This document shows positions 1 to 13,722 of a stretch of DNA of 64,000 nt, piece by piece. Both the position numbers and the translations under genes were made by a program. Under the pieces are notes generated by a model. That model was not told the DNA's origin, did no database searches, and saw nothing but the letters and a program-made list of their open reading frames with translations. Every line of letters starts with the position of its first letter. Positions within the stretch are counted from its first letter, which is position 1. This DNA is from the human T2T-CHM13v2.0 reference genome, Homo sapiens: the NCBI RefSeq assembly GCF_009914755.1, contig NC_060936.1, one strand, 5' to 3'.

Positions 1-1528
1 CTGCCTATGAGCCTGTAGAATCAAAAGCAAGTTAGTTACTTCCTAGATACAATGGAGATACAGACATTGGATAGATGCACTTATTCCAAATGGGAGAAAT
101 TGGCAAAAATAAAGGGGCTACAGGCCCCATGCAAGCCAGAAATCCAATAGGGCAGTCATTAAACCTTAAAATTCCATAATGATCTTTGACTCCATGTCTC
201 ACATCCAGCTCACACTGATGCAAAAGGTGGGCTCCAAAGGCCTTGGGAAGCTCTACTCCTATGGCTTTGCAGGGTACAGGCCTCCTCCTGGCTGCTTTCA
301 TGGGCAGGCATTGAGTGTGGCTTTTCCAGGCGCACAGTGTAAGCTGTTGGTGGAACTACTATTTTGGGGCCTGGAGGATGGTAGCCCTCTTCTCACAGTT
401 CTACTAGGCAGTACCTCAGAGGGGACTGTGTGTGGGGGCTCTGACCCCACAGTTTCCTTCCTCACTGCCCTAGCAGAGGTTCTCCATCATGGGTCCACCC
501 CTGCAGCAAACTTCTCTGCCTGGACATCCAGGCATTTCCATACATCCTCTGAAATCTAGGTGGAAGTTCCCAAACCTCGATTCTTGATTTCTGTGCACCT
601 GCATGCTCAATACCACATGCCAAGGCTTGGGGCTTGCACCTTCTGAAGCAATAGCATGAGCTGTACGTTGGCCCCTTTTAGTCATGGCTGGAGCTGAAGC
701 AGCTGGGATGCAGGGCACCATGTCCTGAGGTCTCTCCACACCCCCACCCCCACCCCCACCCTAGGACTGGCCCAGGAAACTATTTTTCCCCCCTAGGCCT
801 CCAGGTCTGTGATGAGAGGGACTGCTGTGAAGACCTCTGACATGCCCTGGAGATATTTTCCCCATTGTCTTGGCAAGTAACATTTGGCTCCTTGTTACTT
901 ATGCAAATTTCTGCTGCAGGCTTGAATTTCTCCTTAGAAAATGGGTTTTTCTTTTCTGTCACATTGTCAGACTGCAAATTTTCCCAACTTTTATGCTCTA
1001 CTTCCCTTTTAAACATAAGTTTCAATTCCAAACCATATCTTTGTGAATATATAAAACTGAATGCTTTTAACAGCACCCAAGTCACCACTTGAATGCTTTG
1101 CTGCTTAGAAATTTCTTCCACTAGATATGCTAAATCATCTCTCTCAAATTCAAAGTTCCACAAATCTCTAGGGCAGGGACAAAATGCCGCCAGTCTCTTT
1201 GCATAGCAAGAGTGACCTTTGCCCCAGTTCCCAACAAGTTCATCATCTCCATCTGAGACCACCTTAGCCTGGACTTATTGTCCATATCACTATCAGCATT
1301 TTGGTCAAAGCCATTAAGTAAGTCTCTCAGAAGTTCCAAACTTTCCCACATCTTCCTGGCTCCTGAGTCCTCTAAGCCTTTAGGAAGTTCCAAACTTTCC
1401 CACATTTTCCTATCTTCCTCTGAGCTCTCCAAATGGTTCCAATCTCTGCCTGTTACTCAGTTCCAAAGTCACTTCCACATTTTCGGGTATCTTTACAGCA
1501 GTACCCACTCTCTGTGGTACCAATTTAC
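1..1528 (-). mobile_element. THE1/MST-type MaLR internal region
   Basis: Minus-strand ORF remnants (MVSDGDDELVGNWGKGHSCY...RDLWNFEFERDDL) are typical of MaLR-int. It begins gtaaattggtacc directly after the LTR. Confidence 0.9.
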
Positions 1529-1891
1529 AGTATTAGTTCGTTTCATGCTGCTAATACAGACATACCCAAGACTGGGTAATTTATAAAGGAAAGAGGTTTA
1601 ATTGACTCACAGTTCAGCACGATTGCGGAGGCCTCAGGAAACTAACAATCATGGTGGAAGGGGAAACAAACATGTCCTTCCTCACATGACAGCAACAAGG
1701 AGAAGTGCCAAGAAAAAGTGGGAAAAGCCCCTTATAAAACCATCAGTTCTAATGAGAACTCCCTATCACAAGAACAGTATAAGGATAACTGCCCCCATGA
1801 TTAAATTACCTCCCATAAGGTACCTCCCACGACATGTGGGGATTATGGGAACTACAATTCAAGATAAGATTTGGGTGGGGACACCATATCA
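1529..1891 (-). mobile_element. THE1-family LTR (5' LTR of the element above)
   Basis: Reverse complement of a THE1 LTR: gtattagt...catacccaagactgggtaatttataaag ... gggtggggacaccatatca. Confidence 0.88.
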
Positions 1892-2144
1892 GGAGGCCTC
1901 AGGAAACTTAAAATCATGGCAGAGGAGCTGCTTCACAGGGCAACAGGAAAGAGAATAAGTGCTGAGGGAAGAGGGAAGCCTCTTATAAAACCATCAGATC
2001 TGGTGAGAACTCACTATCAGGAGAACAGCATGGGGGAAATTGCCCCCATGATTCAGTTATCTCCACCTGGTCCTGCCTTTGACACACAGGGCTTATTACA
2101 ATTCAAGATGAGATTTGGTGAGGACACAGAGCCAAACTATATCA
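1892..2144 (-). mobile_element. Partial second MaLR LTR (THE1D/MSTA-like), interrupted by the element at 1-1891
   Basis: Starts mid-LTR (ggaggcctcaggaaactta) and ends gacacagagccaaactatatca. Confidence 0.8.
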
Positions 2145-2465
2145 ATCATGTTTTCTATTATAGATTGTGTTTTTAATGTTGTATGTAAGAAATCTTTGCC
2201 TAACCATATGTCACAAAGATTTTTTCTTGTATCAAAAGAAGTTTTGTATGTTTTCCTAGGTTAAGTTTGTGATTCTTAATTATGATTAATTTTTGAGGTA
2301 ATTTGGAGATACAGTGTGATGAGACAGTCAACGTTCTTCTCTCTGCCAGTCTATTCCAATACCATTTATAGAAAAGACTATCGATTACCCCCATACCTTT
2401 GGAGAAAGTCTTACAACTATATGAAATGCAGATTTCTGGACTCTGAATTTTGTTCCATTGATCTA

Positions 2466-2629
2466 GTATTTCTCAGCATTGGCATTATTGACATTAGGGG
2501 TTGAATTTTTTTGTGTTGTGGGGGATTCCCCTGTGCGTTACATGATACTTAACAGCATCCGTCACGTCTACCCCTAGATGCCATGGCACACGCTCAGTTG
2601 TGATAACCAGAAATATCGCTAGATATTGC
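2466..2629. mobile_element. MER20 (hAT-Charlie) DNA transposon fossil
   Basis: ttctcagcattggcattattgacatt...cagcatcc...ctagatgcc...cagttgtgataaccagaaatatc matches the MER20 consensus as recalled. Confidence 0.8.
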
Positions 2630-3690
2630 TGACACTTTGACAATATTGAGTTTTCTTATCTATGAATGTTGACTGTCTTTATTTTTGAATAGTTCTTTGA
2701 TTTCTTTCATCAGAGTTTTGTAGTTTTCCTCTTATAGATCTTGTACATATTTTGTTAGATTTAAAGCTAAATGTTTCAATTAGAAGGATGCTAAATGTTA
2801 ATGTGTTTTAAATTTCATCTTCCACTTGTTCACTGTGATATATAAGAAAGTATTTGACTTTTTTGTATATTATCCTTGTATTCTACAAGTTTGCTGAATC
2901 ACTTATTAGTTCCAGGAATTTTTTTTTTTTTTTTTTGTCTACTCTTTGGATTTTCTACACAGACAATCATGTCATCTGCAAAAAAAAAAAAAAATTATTT
3001 CTTTCTTCTCAATCCATATACCTTTTATTTCCTTTTTTTGTATTACTGCATTAGCTAGGATTTCAGTGCAATGTTGAAAAGCAGTTGCGAGAAAGGGAAT
3101 ACTTGCCTTATTCCTGATTTTATTGGAAAAGCTTCTAGTTTTTCACCATTAAATATGATCTTGGCTGTAGAATTTTTATTGTTATTCTTTATCAAGTTGA
3201 GGAAGTTCTCTTCTACTCCTAGTTTGCTGAGAGTTTTTAATCATGAACGTGTGTTGGATTTTTGTAAAGTGCTTTGACCATTTTATTGATATGATTATGC
3301 TATTTTTCTTTAGCTTGTTGATATGGTGGGTTACATTAAATGATTTTTAAAAGTTGAACCAGATTTGCATACCTTGGCATAAATGCCACATCGTTGTCAT
3401 GTATGATTCTTTTGCTATGCTGCTGGATTCAATTTGTTAATATTAAGGATTTTTGGTGTCTCACAAAATGTTTATGATTATTGATCTATAGTTTTCTTTT
3501 CCTGTGATGTATTTGTCTGGTTTTGACATTAGGGTAATGCTGGCTTTATGGAATGAATCAGGAAGTATTCTCTCTGTTTCTATCTTCTGGAAGAGATTGT
3601 ACAGTATTGTTATAATTATTTAATTAGATGTTTTGTTGGAATTCACCAGCAAAGTTATCTGGGCCAGGTGCTTTCTGTTTGGAAGGTTGT

Positions 3691-4069
3691 TGTCTTAGCC
3701 TCTTTGGGGTGCTGTAACAAAATACTATAAACTGGTGGCTTGTAAACAATAGAAATTTACTTCTTACAGTTCTAGAGACTAAGAAGTCCAAGATCAAGGT
3801 ACCTGCAGATTTGGTGTCTGTTGAGGGCCTGCTTTCTAGATGGCTGTCTTTTTACTCTAATTTCATGTGGCAGAAGAGATAAGGGATGTCTCTGGGGTCT
3901 TATCCCTTCTACCATGACCCCATATCTCTGGGGTCTCTTTAATAAGGGTACTAATCACCTAACTTTCATGACTTAATACTTCCCAAATGCCCCCCCTCCT
4001 AATACCATGAACTTGGTGGCTAGGATTTCAACATATGAATTTGGAGACACAAACATTCCAACTATAGCA
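3691..4069 (-). mobile_element. MLT1A-like solo LTR
   Basis: tgtcttag...aagtccaagatcaaggt...aacattccaactatagca, 5-bp TSD gttgt/gttat; the host L1 resumes after it. Confidence 0.85.
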
Positions 4070-5926
4070 GTTATTAATTATTGATTTAATGTATTTAATA
4101 GATATAGGCCTACTCAGATTGTCTGTTTCTTCTTGTGTGTTTCAGCAAATAATCTTTTAAAGACTTGGTCCATTTAATGGAAGTTATCAAATTTGTAGGC
4201 ATACAGTTGTCCGTAGTATTCTTTTATTTTTCTTTTAATGTTCATGGGATCTGTAGTGATATCCCTTATTTCATTTCTGACATTAGTAATTTGTGTTCAT
4301 TTCTTCTTTTTTCTTGGCTAGTCTGCTAGAGCCTTATCAGTTTTTACTGATCTTTTCAAACAACCAGCTTTTGGTTTTATTGATTTTTCCATTTCTTGTT
4401 TTTAATTTCATTGATTTCTGCTTCTCTTATTTTTAGTATTTTTATGTTATTTTAGATTTAATTTACTCTTGTTTACTTATTTCCAAAGGTGGAAACTTAG
4501 ATTGTTAATTTTAGATCTTTCTTCTCTTCTAATACATGAATTCAATATTTTAAATTTTCCTCTAAGCACCTCTTTCGGTGTGTCTATAAATTTTGATAAG
4601 TTGTGTTTTATTAAAAATATTTTCAATATCTTTTGAGATTTTTCTTGTTGTTTAGTAATGTGTTATTTAATCTGTAAATATTGTTGGATTTTCTAGCTAT
4701 TCTCCTATTATTGATTTTCTAGTTTAATTCCACCGTGGTCTGAAAGCAGACCACATTTTGTGATTTCTACTCTTTTAAATTTCTTGAGTTTTGTTTTATG
4801 GTCCCGAATTTGGTCTATGTTAGAAAATGTTACATGTGAGTTTGAAAAGAATGCATATTCTGCTATTGCTGGTTGCAGTATATAGACTTCCTTTATATTG
4901 AGTTGATCTTGGTGTTGTTGAGTTCAGCTACATCCTTTCTGATTTTTTGCCTGCTAGATCTATTTCTGAGAAGTGGGGGCAATTGAAGTCTCCAACTTTA
5001 ATAATGAATTATTTTATTTTTCCTTGCAGTTTTGTAAGTGTTTGCCTCATGCATTTTGCTGCTCTGTTATTAGGGACATACATACTAAGTATTGCCATGT
5101 TTTCTTGGAGAATCAACACTTTTATTATTATATAATGCCCTTCTTTATCCTTAATAACTTTCTTTGCTCTGAAGTCTTCTGAAATTAATATAGCTACATG
5201 TGTTTCTTTTCATCAGTGTTACCATAATACCTCTGTCTTTATCCACTTACTTTTAATATAAATGTGTCTTTATATTCAAAGTGGATTTCTCATAGACAGC
5301 ATACTGGAGGGTCTTGTTTTTTGCTCTATTATATTTCTGTCTTTTAATTGGTGTTTTTAGACCATTGACATTTACAATAGACCATTGACATTTACAATGA
5401 TTATTGATAGAGTTGGATTCATTTCCACCATATTTGTTATTCTTTTCTATTTGTTGCTCTTTTTTTTGGTTTCTATTTTTGTCTTTCATACTTTTTCTAC
5501 CTTTTCTGGTTCAAATTGAAAATTTTATGATTTAATTTTCTCTCCTGTCTTAGCCTATTAGTTATAATTTTTTTTCTTACTTTTTAAGTGGTTGCCCTAA
5601 AGTTCACACTATACATTTACTAGTAACCCATATTCATTTTCAAATGATGTTATGCCATTTCACAGGTACTGTGAGTACCTTACAATACTAAAGTATTCCA
5701 AGTTTTTTTATCCTGGTGCTTATATCATTGATGTCATTCATTTTACTTACACAGAAGTATACATACTCATATATATTGTTGCTATTGTTATTTTAAAGAA
5801 ACCATTATATGTTGCATCAGTTAAGAAAAAGAAAAAGTTTTAATTCACTTATTCCTTCTCAGATGCTTTTTCCATGTTTATGTAGTTTCAAGCGTCTGAC
5901 CTATATAACTTTTCTTTTCTCTAAAG

Positions 5927-6639
5927 CTCTACTTTTTCTTTGGCCAGATCAAAAATGTTTCTTTTTATTCTGGTGAACACAAGATGATACATAAATTAGC
6001 CTCAGCTTAAAGGTACTCACTGAAATTTGAAAATGCTGAATAATTCTCTTCAAAGCATCCATCCCTTTCAGGGCTTCTATTTTTCAACATGTGACATCAG
6101 AATAAAGTTCTGTATTTTGGTTTTGTTGGCTGGAAAAGTGACTTCTTTGGTAGTGGTAGAAAAGCCAAGGTTTGTGACTTGAAGGCAGATTGTGATGCTA
6201 TAAGCAAATTTTGGATTTTTTGAATACTTTTTGTCCTATATATTTAGATAACAGATATGAGATATGTAGATAAATAAACATATGCAAGCACATATAGTTA
6301 TAATGTCTATGTAATGTCCATTCAGTAGTATGTTTTGTAAAAAAATCTGCAAAATAAGAGTATGTCAGCAGTAACTACCCTATGCATCCCCCTTACGAAT
6401 GGTGAATCCAATCAGGTAATTAGCTCATTCCAGGTGATTCCCATCAGCCAGCTAGCTCAGCCCAGGTGACATTATTTTTTCCTCAATTTTTAAGTTCCAG
6501 GGTACATGTGCAGGATGTGCCGGTTTGTTACATAGGTAAGCGTGTGCATGGTGATGGTTTGCTGCACAGATCAACCCATCACCTAGGTATTAAGCCCAGC
6601 ATCCATTAGCTATTCTTCATGGTGGAAATCTCTACTTTT
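5927..6639 (-). mobile_element. 5'-truncated L1PA (~6472-6618) plus ~530 bp 3'-transduced sequence, within a 10-bp TSD
   Basis: TSD ctctactttt at 5927-5936 and 6630-6639, TT/AAAA endonuclease site, minus-strand AATAAA at 5964-5969 and short A-rich tail. Confidence 0.75.
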
Positions 6640-7301
6640 AACATTTCTTGCGAGCCTGTTCTTCCAATAAAAAAAAAAAAAAATCCCTCAATTTTTGAGA
6701 AAGTCGTTATTAGTGTACAAGTCTTTGTATGGACTCATGCTTTTATTTTTCTTGGATAAGTTATTAGCAGTAGAGACCTAGCTAGGTCGTATGATCAAAT
6801 ACCTAGCTAGGTTGTATGGTAAAGTATATGTAAAATGTGTTTTCACAATTTTGCTCATTTGTTGTTTTCTTATGATTGAGTTATGAGAGTTCTTGATATA
6901 TTCTAGATATAAACCCTTCATCAGTATGTGATTTGCAATTGTTTTTATCACAGTCTGTGGCTTGTCTTTTTATTTTCCTGATATGTTTCTAAGAGCAGAA
7001 GTTTTAAGGTTATATGAAATCCAACTCATCAATTTTTCTTCTGTGGTTATAATTTGGGTGTCTTATCCAAGAAACCATTGCCTAACTCAATATCAAAAGA
7101 GGTTTTTCCTATGTTCTATTAAAGTTTTATAGTTTTAATTCATAGTTTAAGTTTATGAATCATTCATTTTGAGTTGATTTTTATATATGGTATCAGATTT
7201 TAACTATTTTTTTTTTTTTTTTTTTTGAATATCAATACCCAACTCTTCCAGTCTTATTTGCTGAAAAGCCTATTCTTTTACCAGTGGATTTCTTTTGTAC
7301 A

Positions 7302-7714
7302 TGACATGGTTTGGATCTTTGTGCCCACACAAATCTCATGTTGAATTTAAATTCCCAGTGTTGGAGTTGGGGCCTGGTGGGAAGTCATTGAATCATGGAG
7401 GCAGTTTTCTCATGAATGATTTAGTACCATCCCCTTGGTTCTATCCTCATGACAGTAAGTTCTCCCAAGAAGTGATTGTTTAAACGTGTGCCACCTCCCA
7501 CCCCGTGTCTTGCTCCTGCTTTTACGATGTGATGTGCTTGCTCCCCCTTTGCTTTTCAACATGATTGGAAGCTTCCTGAGGCCTACTCCCCAAAAGGAGA
7601 TGCTTCTGTGTTTTCTGTACAGCCTGAAGAACAGCGAGCCCATTAAACCACTTTTCTTATACATTATCTAGTCTCGGGTATTTCTTTATAGCAATGCAAG
7701 AATGGAATAATACA
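7302..7714 (+). mobile_element. MSTA/MSTB solo LTR
   Basis: tgacatggtttggatc...caaatctcatgttgaatt...cccattaaacc...ggaataataca, 5-bp TSD gtaca/gtacg. Confidence 0.87.
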
Positions 7715-7875
7715 GTACGTTTGTCAAAAATCAATCGACCATATATATGTGGATCTATCACTTGATTCTCTATTCTCTTTCATGTATCTATTTGTCAAAC
7801 TTTACTCCATTATGATACTGCTTTATTTAGCATGGATATTTAGTCAGTTTTGAAATCAAGTACTGTAAGCCCTCC

Positions 7876-8021
7876 ATTATTTTTATTTTGCAAAGTTGTT
7901 TTGGATATTTTAGGTTCTTTGCATTTCCACATAACTTTTATAATCCAGTATTGTTTTTATTTTACAAAGTTGTTTTGGATATTTTAGGTTCTTTCCATTT
8001 CCATGTAACTTTTATAATCCA
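7876..8021. repeat. Two-copy 74-bp tandem duplication inside old L1
   Basis: caaagttgttttggatattttaggttcttt...aacttttataatcca occurs at 7891 and 7965. Confidence 0.9.
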
Positions 8022-8366
8022 CCAAGCAATTTCTACAACAAGGCCTGTTGGTATGTTGATTTTGGTTGAGTTGAATAAATTTAGGGAGAACTGACATTTT
8101 CACAATATTGAGTCTTTGTACCTATGAACCAGGTACATTGCTCCATTTATTTAGGTCTTCCTTAATTTCCCTCAGCAGTGTTCTAAGTTTTCAATATTCA
8201 GGTTTACTACATCTTTTGCTAGATTTATCTCTGACTAGTTCATATTTTTCAATGTTAGTTTAACTTTTATAGTTTTTAGTTTTCAATTTCAATTATCTCA
8301 TGCTTGCTGCTAGGACATAAGGACACAATTGGTCTTAACCATATACATAGATATATATATATATAT

Positions 8367-9347
<981 letters not shown>

Positions 9348-10890
9348 TTAATCTTATATTCTGTAATTATCTAAAATTGTTAGTTTTAGCAGCATTTTTT
9401 GTAGGGTTTATAGAATTTTCTACATAGATATGTTTTCTAAGTATAAAAGGATGTTGTTGCATCTTCCTTTTTAATCTTGATACCTTTTATTTCTTTTTCT
9501 TATTGCACTTGCCAAACTTCTAATACAATGTTTAAATAGAAAGATGAGAAGCAAATATTTTTGCCTTTTGCTTGATCATAAGAAGAAAGCATTAATTTTT
9601 CCATTATTTTAGCTGTACCTGTTTTTGTCAAAGCCCCTTTATTAAGCTGAGTATTTTTCTTTCTATTCCTAGTTTTTATTCCAGGAAAAAATGTTGCATT
9701 TTGTTGAACAAATGTATATACCTGTTTATCTTTGTGTTAAGTATAAGTGTGTGCATGTTTTTCATATATTCCCTTATCCTTTTAAAATATCTATAAACTT
9801 TGGTGATTATCTCTTGTCTTAGTCTAGATAATTGTAATCTATGTTTTCTTTCTTTTTGCTGATTAGTTTATTAGAGATTTATCAATTCTTTTTTCTTAAC
9901 CTTCTCAAATACCAGCGTTTGGTTTCATTGATTTTTAAGTTTCTATGTCACTGATTTCTTCTGAAACCTTTATTATTTAATTTACGTAACTTAATTGGCT
10001 TTCAATTTGCATTTATTCTAGTGTTTTAAAATAGGGGCTTAGGTCTTGCATTGAGGCTTTTCTTCTAAAATGTAGATATTTAATGATATATATGTCCTTC
10101 TAAGTACTACTTTAGGTGCATTTTTCACATTTTCAAAGGTCATGTTTTCATTTTCAATTCAAAATACTTTTAAATTTATCTTTTGATTTTTTTTAACCAC
10201 TAGGTTATTTAGAAGAGTTTTTATTTAGTTTCTAAATATGTCGGTGTTTTTCAGATGTATTTCTTTTTTTTATATTTCTAATCTCATTCTGGTTTTGATA
10301 GATAACATACTTATGTGGTTTGAATACATTTTGAGGTTTCTTTTATGGCCTAGACTATAGTCTGTCTTTGTAAGCATCCCTTGTCTACTTGAAAAGGTTG
10401 TACATTCTGGTGTTGGTGGAATTTTGTATAAATATCATTTAGGTCAAATTTTTTGGTGTCTTGTCAAGTCTTGTGTATTGTTACTAATTTCCTGTGTACT
10501 TGTTCTGCTAGTCATTGAGAGGCAAGTGTTGAAATCTCTGACCGTACTTTTGGATATGACTAGTTCTCCTTGCTGCTCTGATTATTTTTTGAGTAGTTTT
10601 GACACACTTATATTTAGTGTATTCACATTTAGGATTATGATGTCTTCTTTATATATTTGTCCCTTTATTACTATGAAATGCTCATCTCTTTCTCTAGTAA
10701 TATTATTTCCTATGAAATCTACTCTGTATGATATTAATATAAGTTCTCCACATTTATTTTGATTATTGTTAGTATGATGTATTATCCCCTATTCTTGTAC
10801 TTTTAATATATTGGTTTATGTTTCAAATGGGTTTTCTTGTAGGAAGCATATTATTGCATCTTGTTTTTTATCCAGTCCAACAATCAGTAG

Positions 10891-11227
<337 letters not shown>

Positions 11228-12036
11228 TAATTGTGTTTTTAAAACCCTTTAAATTTAATGTGATTATTGACGTTTTTTCATTTTAAATGTATCTCCTCAT
11301 TCTTTGTTTTCTGTCTGTTCCTTGTGTTCATTATTCCCTCATGTTTTTTTGCTTCCTTTTAAATTGGATATTTTAATGGTATCATTTTATGTCTCCTTTG
11401 TTGGCTTATCATCTATATGTCTTTGTTATTTTTGTGGTTGCTTTAAAGGGAGGTTAAATAATTAAATGAAGGACAGTTCCTACTGTGTGGTAATGCATAA
11501 CAACTAAAAGCTATAGTTATGATGGCAAATTTCTTAATTAGTTCCACTGTGGTTACTTTTACACTGAGGATGTCCATTCTTCTGAAATACAAGAAATAGT
11601 TCACTCAGACATTGTTACAGATTTTTTAAGGTTTTCTTTTTGAAAAAAAAAAGTATGTTTTAAAATTTTACTGCTCTTACCATTAGCATTTAGCAGTTTT
11701 GTGTTTTTAAAACATATGATTTCCTTTGAAATGTGGAAAATTTCTTCCCCATTTGATTTTGGAAGTTTCTATATCACATATTTTAATTAGAATATTTGTA
11801 ATTAAATTGAACAAACACAAAAATGATCTTATAGACGGTGTCAAGATTTAACAGATGATTTTATTGTGAGATATATGCTCCAGATCTATTATGTTTAGAG
11901 GAAAAAGTTACAAATAGAGCTAACTCTTGACTTCTTTGTCATATTTCACTTTCTCTTCCTTCCCTAAAGCACCAGCTTTATACAGAATTTACTATGTTTT
12001 TACTCTTTCCTTCCTGTACCCATAATTGTTTAGTAT

Positions 12037-12670
12037 AGTCATCCACTGAATAATGATGTTTTGGTGAACGATGGACTGTATATAAGATGGTGGTCTTATA
12101 AGATTATAATAGAAAAGAAATTTTCCTATCACCTAGTGACATTGTATAAATGTCATAAATGTCACAGTGCAGTACATTACTCATGAAAATCTAAAATGAA
12201 AAAAGAAACCAAGCAAACCACCATGGAATATTTCTGAAAAGAGTGACACCTCAAGAAAAAGCCTCAGGCAGGTCCTTCAGGAGGTATTTCAGAAGAAGGC
12301 ATCACACCATTCATGAGGGATCCACTCCGATAACCCAGACACCTCTCACTAGGCCCTACCCCCCAACACCACCACATTGGAGATCACATTTCAACATGAG
12401 TTTTGGTAGGGACAAACAAACATGGCAAATATGTTTAGATGCACAAATAGTTACTATTGTATTACAGTTGCCCAGTGTATTTAGTATGGTAACATGCTGT
12501 ACATGTTTGTAGCCTAGGAGCAATAGATTACACCATACATTCTAGGTGTATAGTAGGCTATATCATCTAGGTTTGTGTAAGTACACTCTATGATGTTCAC
12601 ACAATGATGAAATTGCCTAATATCACATTTCTCTGAATGTGTTCCTGTCATTAAGTGATGCATGAATGTA
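12037..12670 (-). mobile_element. Tigger3-family DNA transposon containing an MST LTR fragment (~12303-12426)
   Basis: agtcatccactgaataatgatgttttggt... and ...gtttgtagcctaggagcaatag...gtacactctatgatgttcacacaatgatgaaattgcctaa. Confidence 0.78.
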
Positions 12671-12731
12671 TTGAGTTCTTTGTTATTCTTAAATTCTTCC
12701 AAATATTATTATTGTTACTTATATTTAATCA

Positions 12732-13722
12732 TGTGGGAGACCAGATCATGCCACCCCAAAATATGAAGAATTGTTGAGTTGAAGGCAGTTAAGAAGAAGC
12801 AGATACAGGAAAGCTCTCTGCCTAAAAGTAGGACATAGATTTAGAAAGGCAAGGTATCCTGCCATCATCTCTTCCCCATCTTTCACTCACCATTCTGTGT
12901 CTGGAGTTGGTTCCTGCTGGTGGGATCGTGGTCTTGCTGACTTCAAGAATGGAGCTGCGGACCTTCACGGTGAGTGTTACAGCTCTTGAAGATGGCACGG
13001 ACCCAAAGAGTGAGAGGTAGCAGGGCTTATTTTGAAGAATGAAAGGACAAAGCTTCCAGAGCATGGAAGGGGACCTGAGCAGGTTGCTGCTGCTGGCTGG
13101 GGTGGTCAGCTTTTATCCCCTTATTGTCCCCTCCCATGTTCCATTTCTGTCCTTTCAGAGTGCCCTTTTTTCAATCCTTCCTGCGATTGGCTGCTTTTAG
13201 AATCCTGCTGATTGGTGCGTTTTACAGAGTGCTGATTGGTGTATTTTACAATCCTCTTGTAAGACAGGAAAGTTCCCCAACTCCCTACTCGACCCAGGAA
13301 GTCCAGCTGGCCTCACCTCTCAATTCCACCAGGAAGAATAAAGGTTAGTCACTGAAGATAACTTTAAATCCTTTTTGGCCTGGAGATGGTACCAGTGGAA
13401 TCTATATTAATAGGCTTTACTAACTGGCTTTTATCTGCCATTTATTTGTCTCACAAATTGCTGCCTCTAGAGACTCAAAAAAGTCCTTTTCCATTGTTTT
13501 CTCATTTCTCCAAAAATCGACTGTTCTTTGTTAAAGATACTATATAAGCTAGAACTCAGAACCACCTCTTGAGAACTACTCATTCCCTGGGCATCTCCCA
13601 TATATATATGAAATATACATGTTAATAAACTTACATTTTTCTCCTATTAAACATTTTTTTGGTATAGGGGTCCTTTCCAACTAAGAGCCTGTTGAAGCAG
13701 AAGAAAATATTCTTTCCCCACA
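12732..13722 (+). mobile_element. ERV1 LTR (MER34/MER39-like) split by LTR12F
   Basis: tgtgggagaccag...atgccaccccaaaatatgaag at the start; tatataag, aataaac and ...ccccaca at the end. Confidence 0.65.
12896..13322 (-). mobile_element. LTR12F-like (HERV9/ERV9 family) solo LTR
   Basis: tgtgtctggagttggttcc...gctgacttcaagaatg...repeated gctgattggtg...gaagtccagctggcctcacctctca; 4-bp TSD attc at 12892-12895 and 13323-13326. Confidence 0.88.

Larger units (their letters stand above)
2145..5926 (-). mobile_element. Old L1 (L1MC/L1MD-like) ORF2 region, interrupted by MER20 and MLT1
   Basis: T-rich + strand with degenerate L1 ORF2 motifs; minus-strand ORF 5253-5489 contains NVNGLKTPIKRQ (start of the endonuclease domain). 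Confidence 0.82.

Noticed and set aside
32-1432. Cluster of ORFs up to 160 aa
   Set aside because: Broken remnants of the MaLR internal ORF and its antisense, not a host gene.
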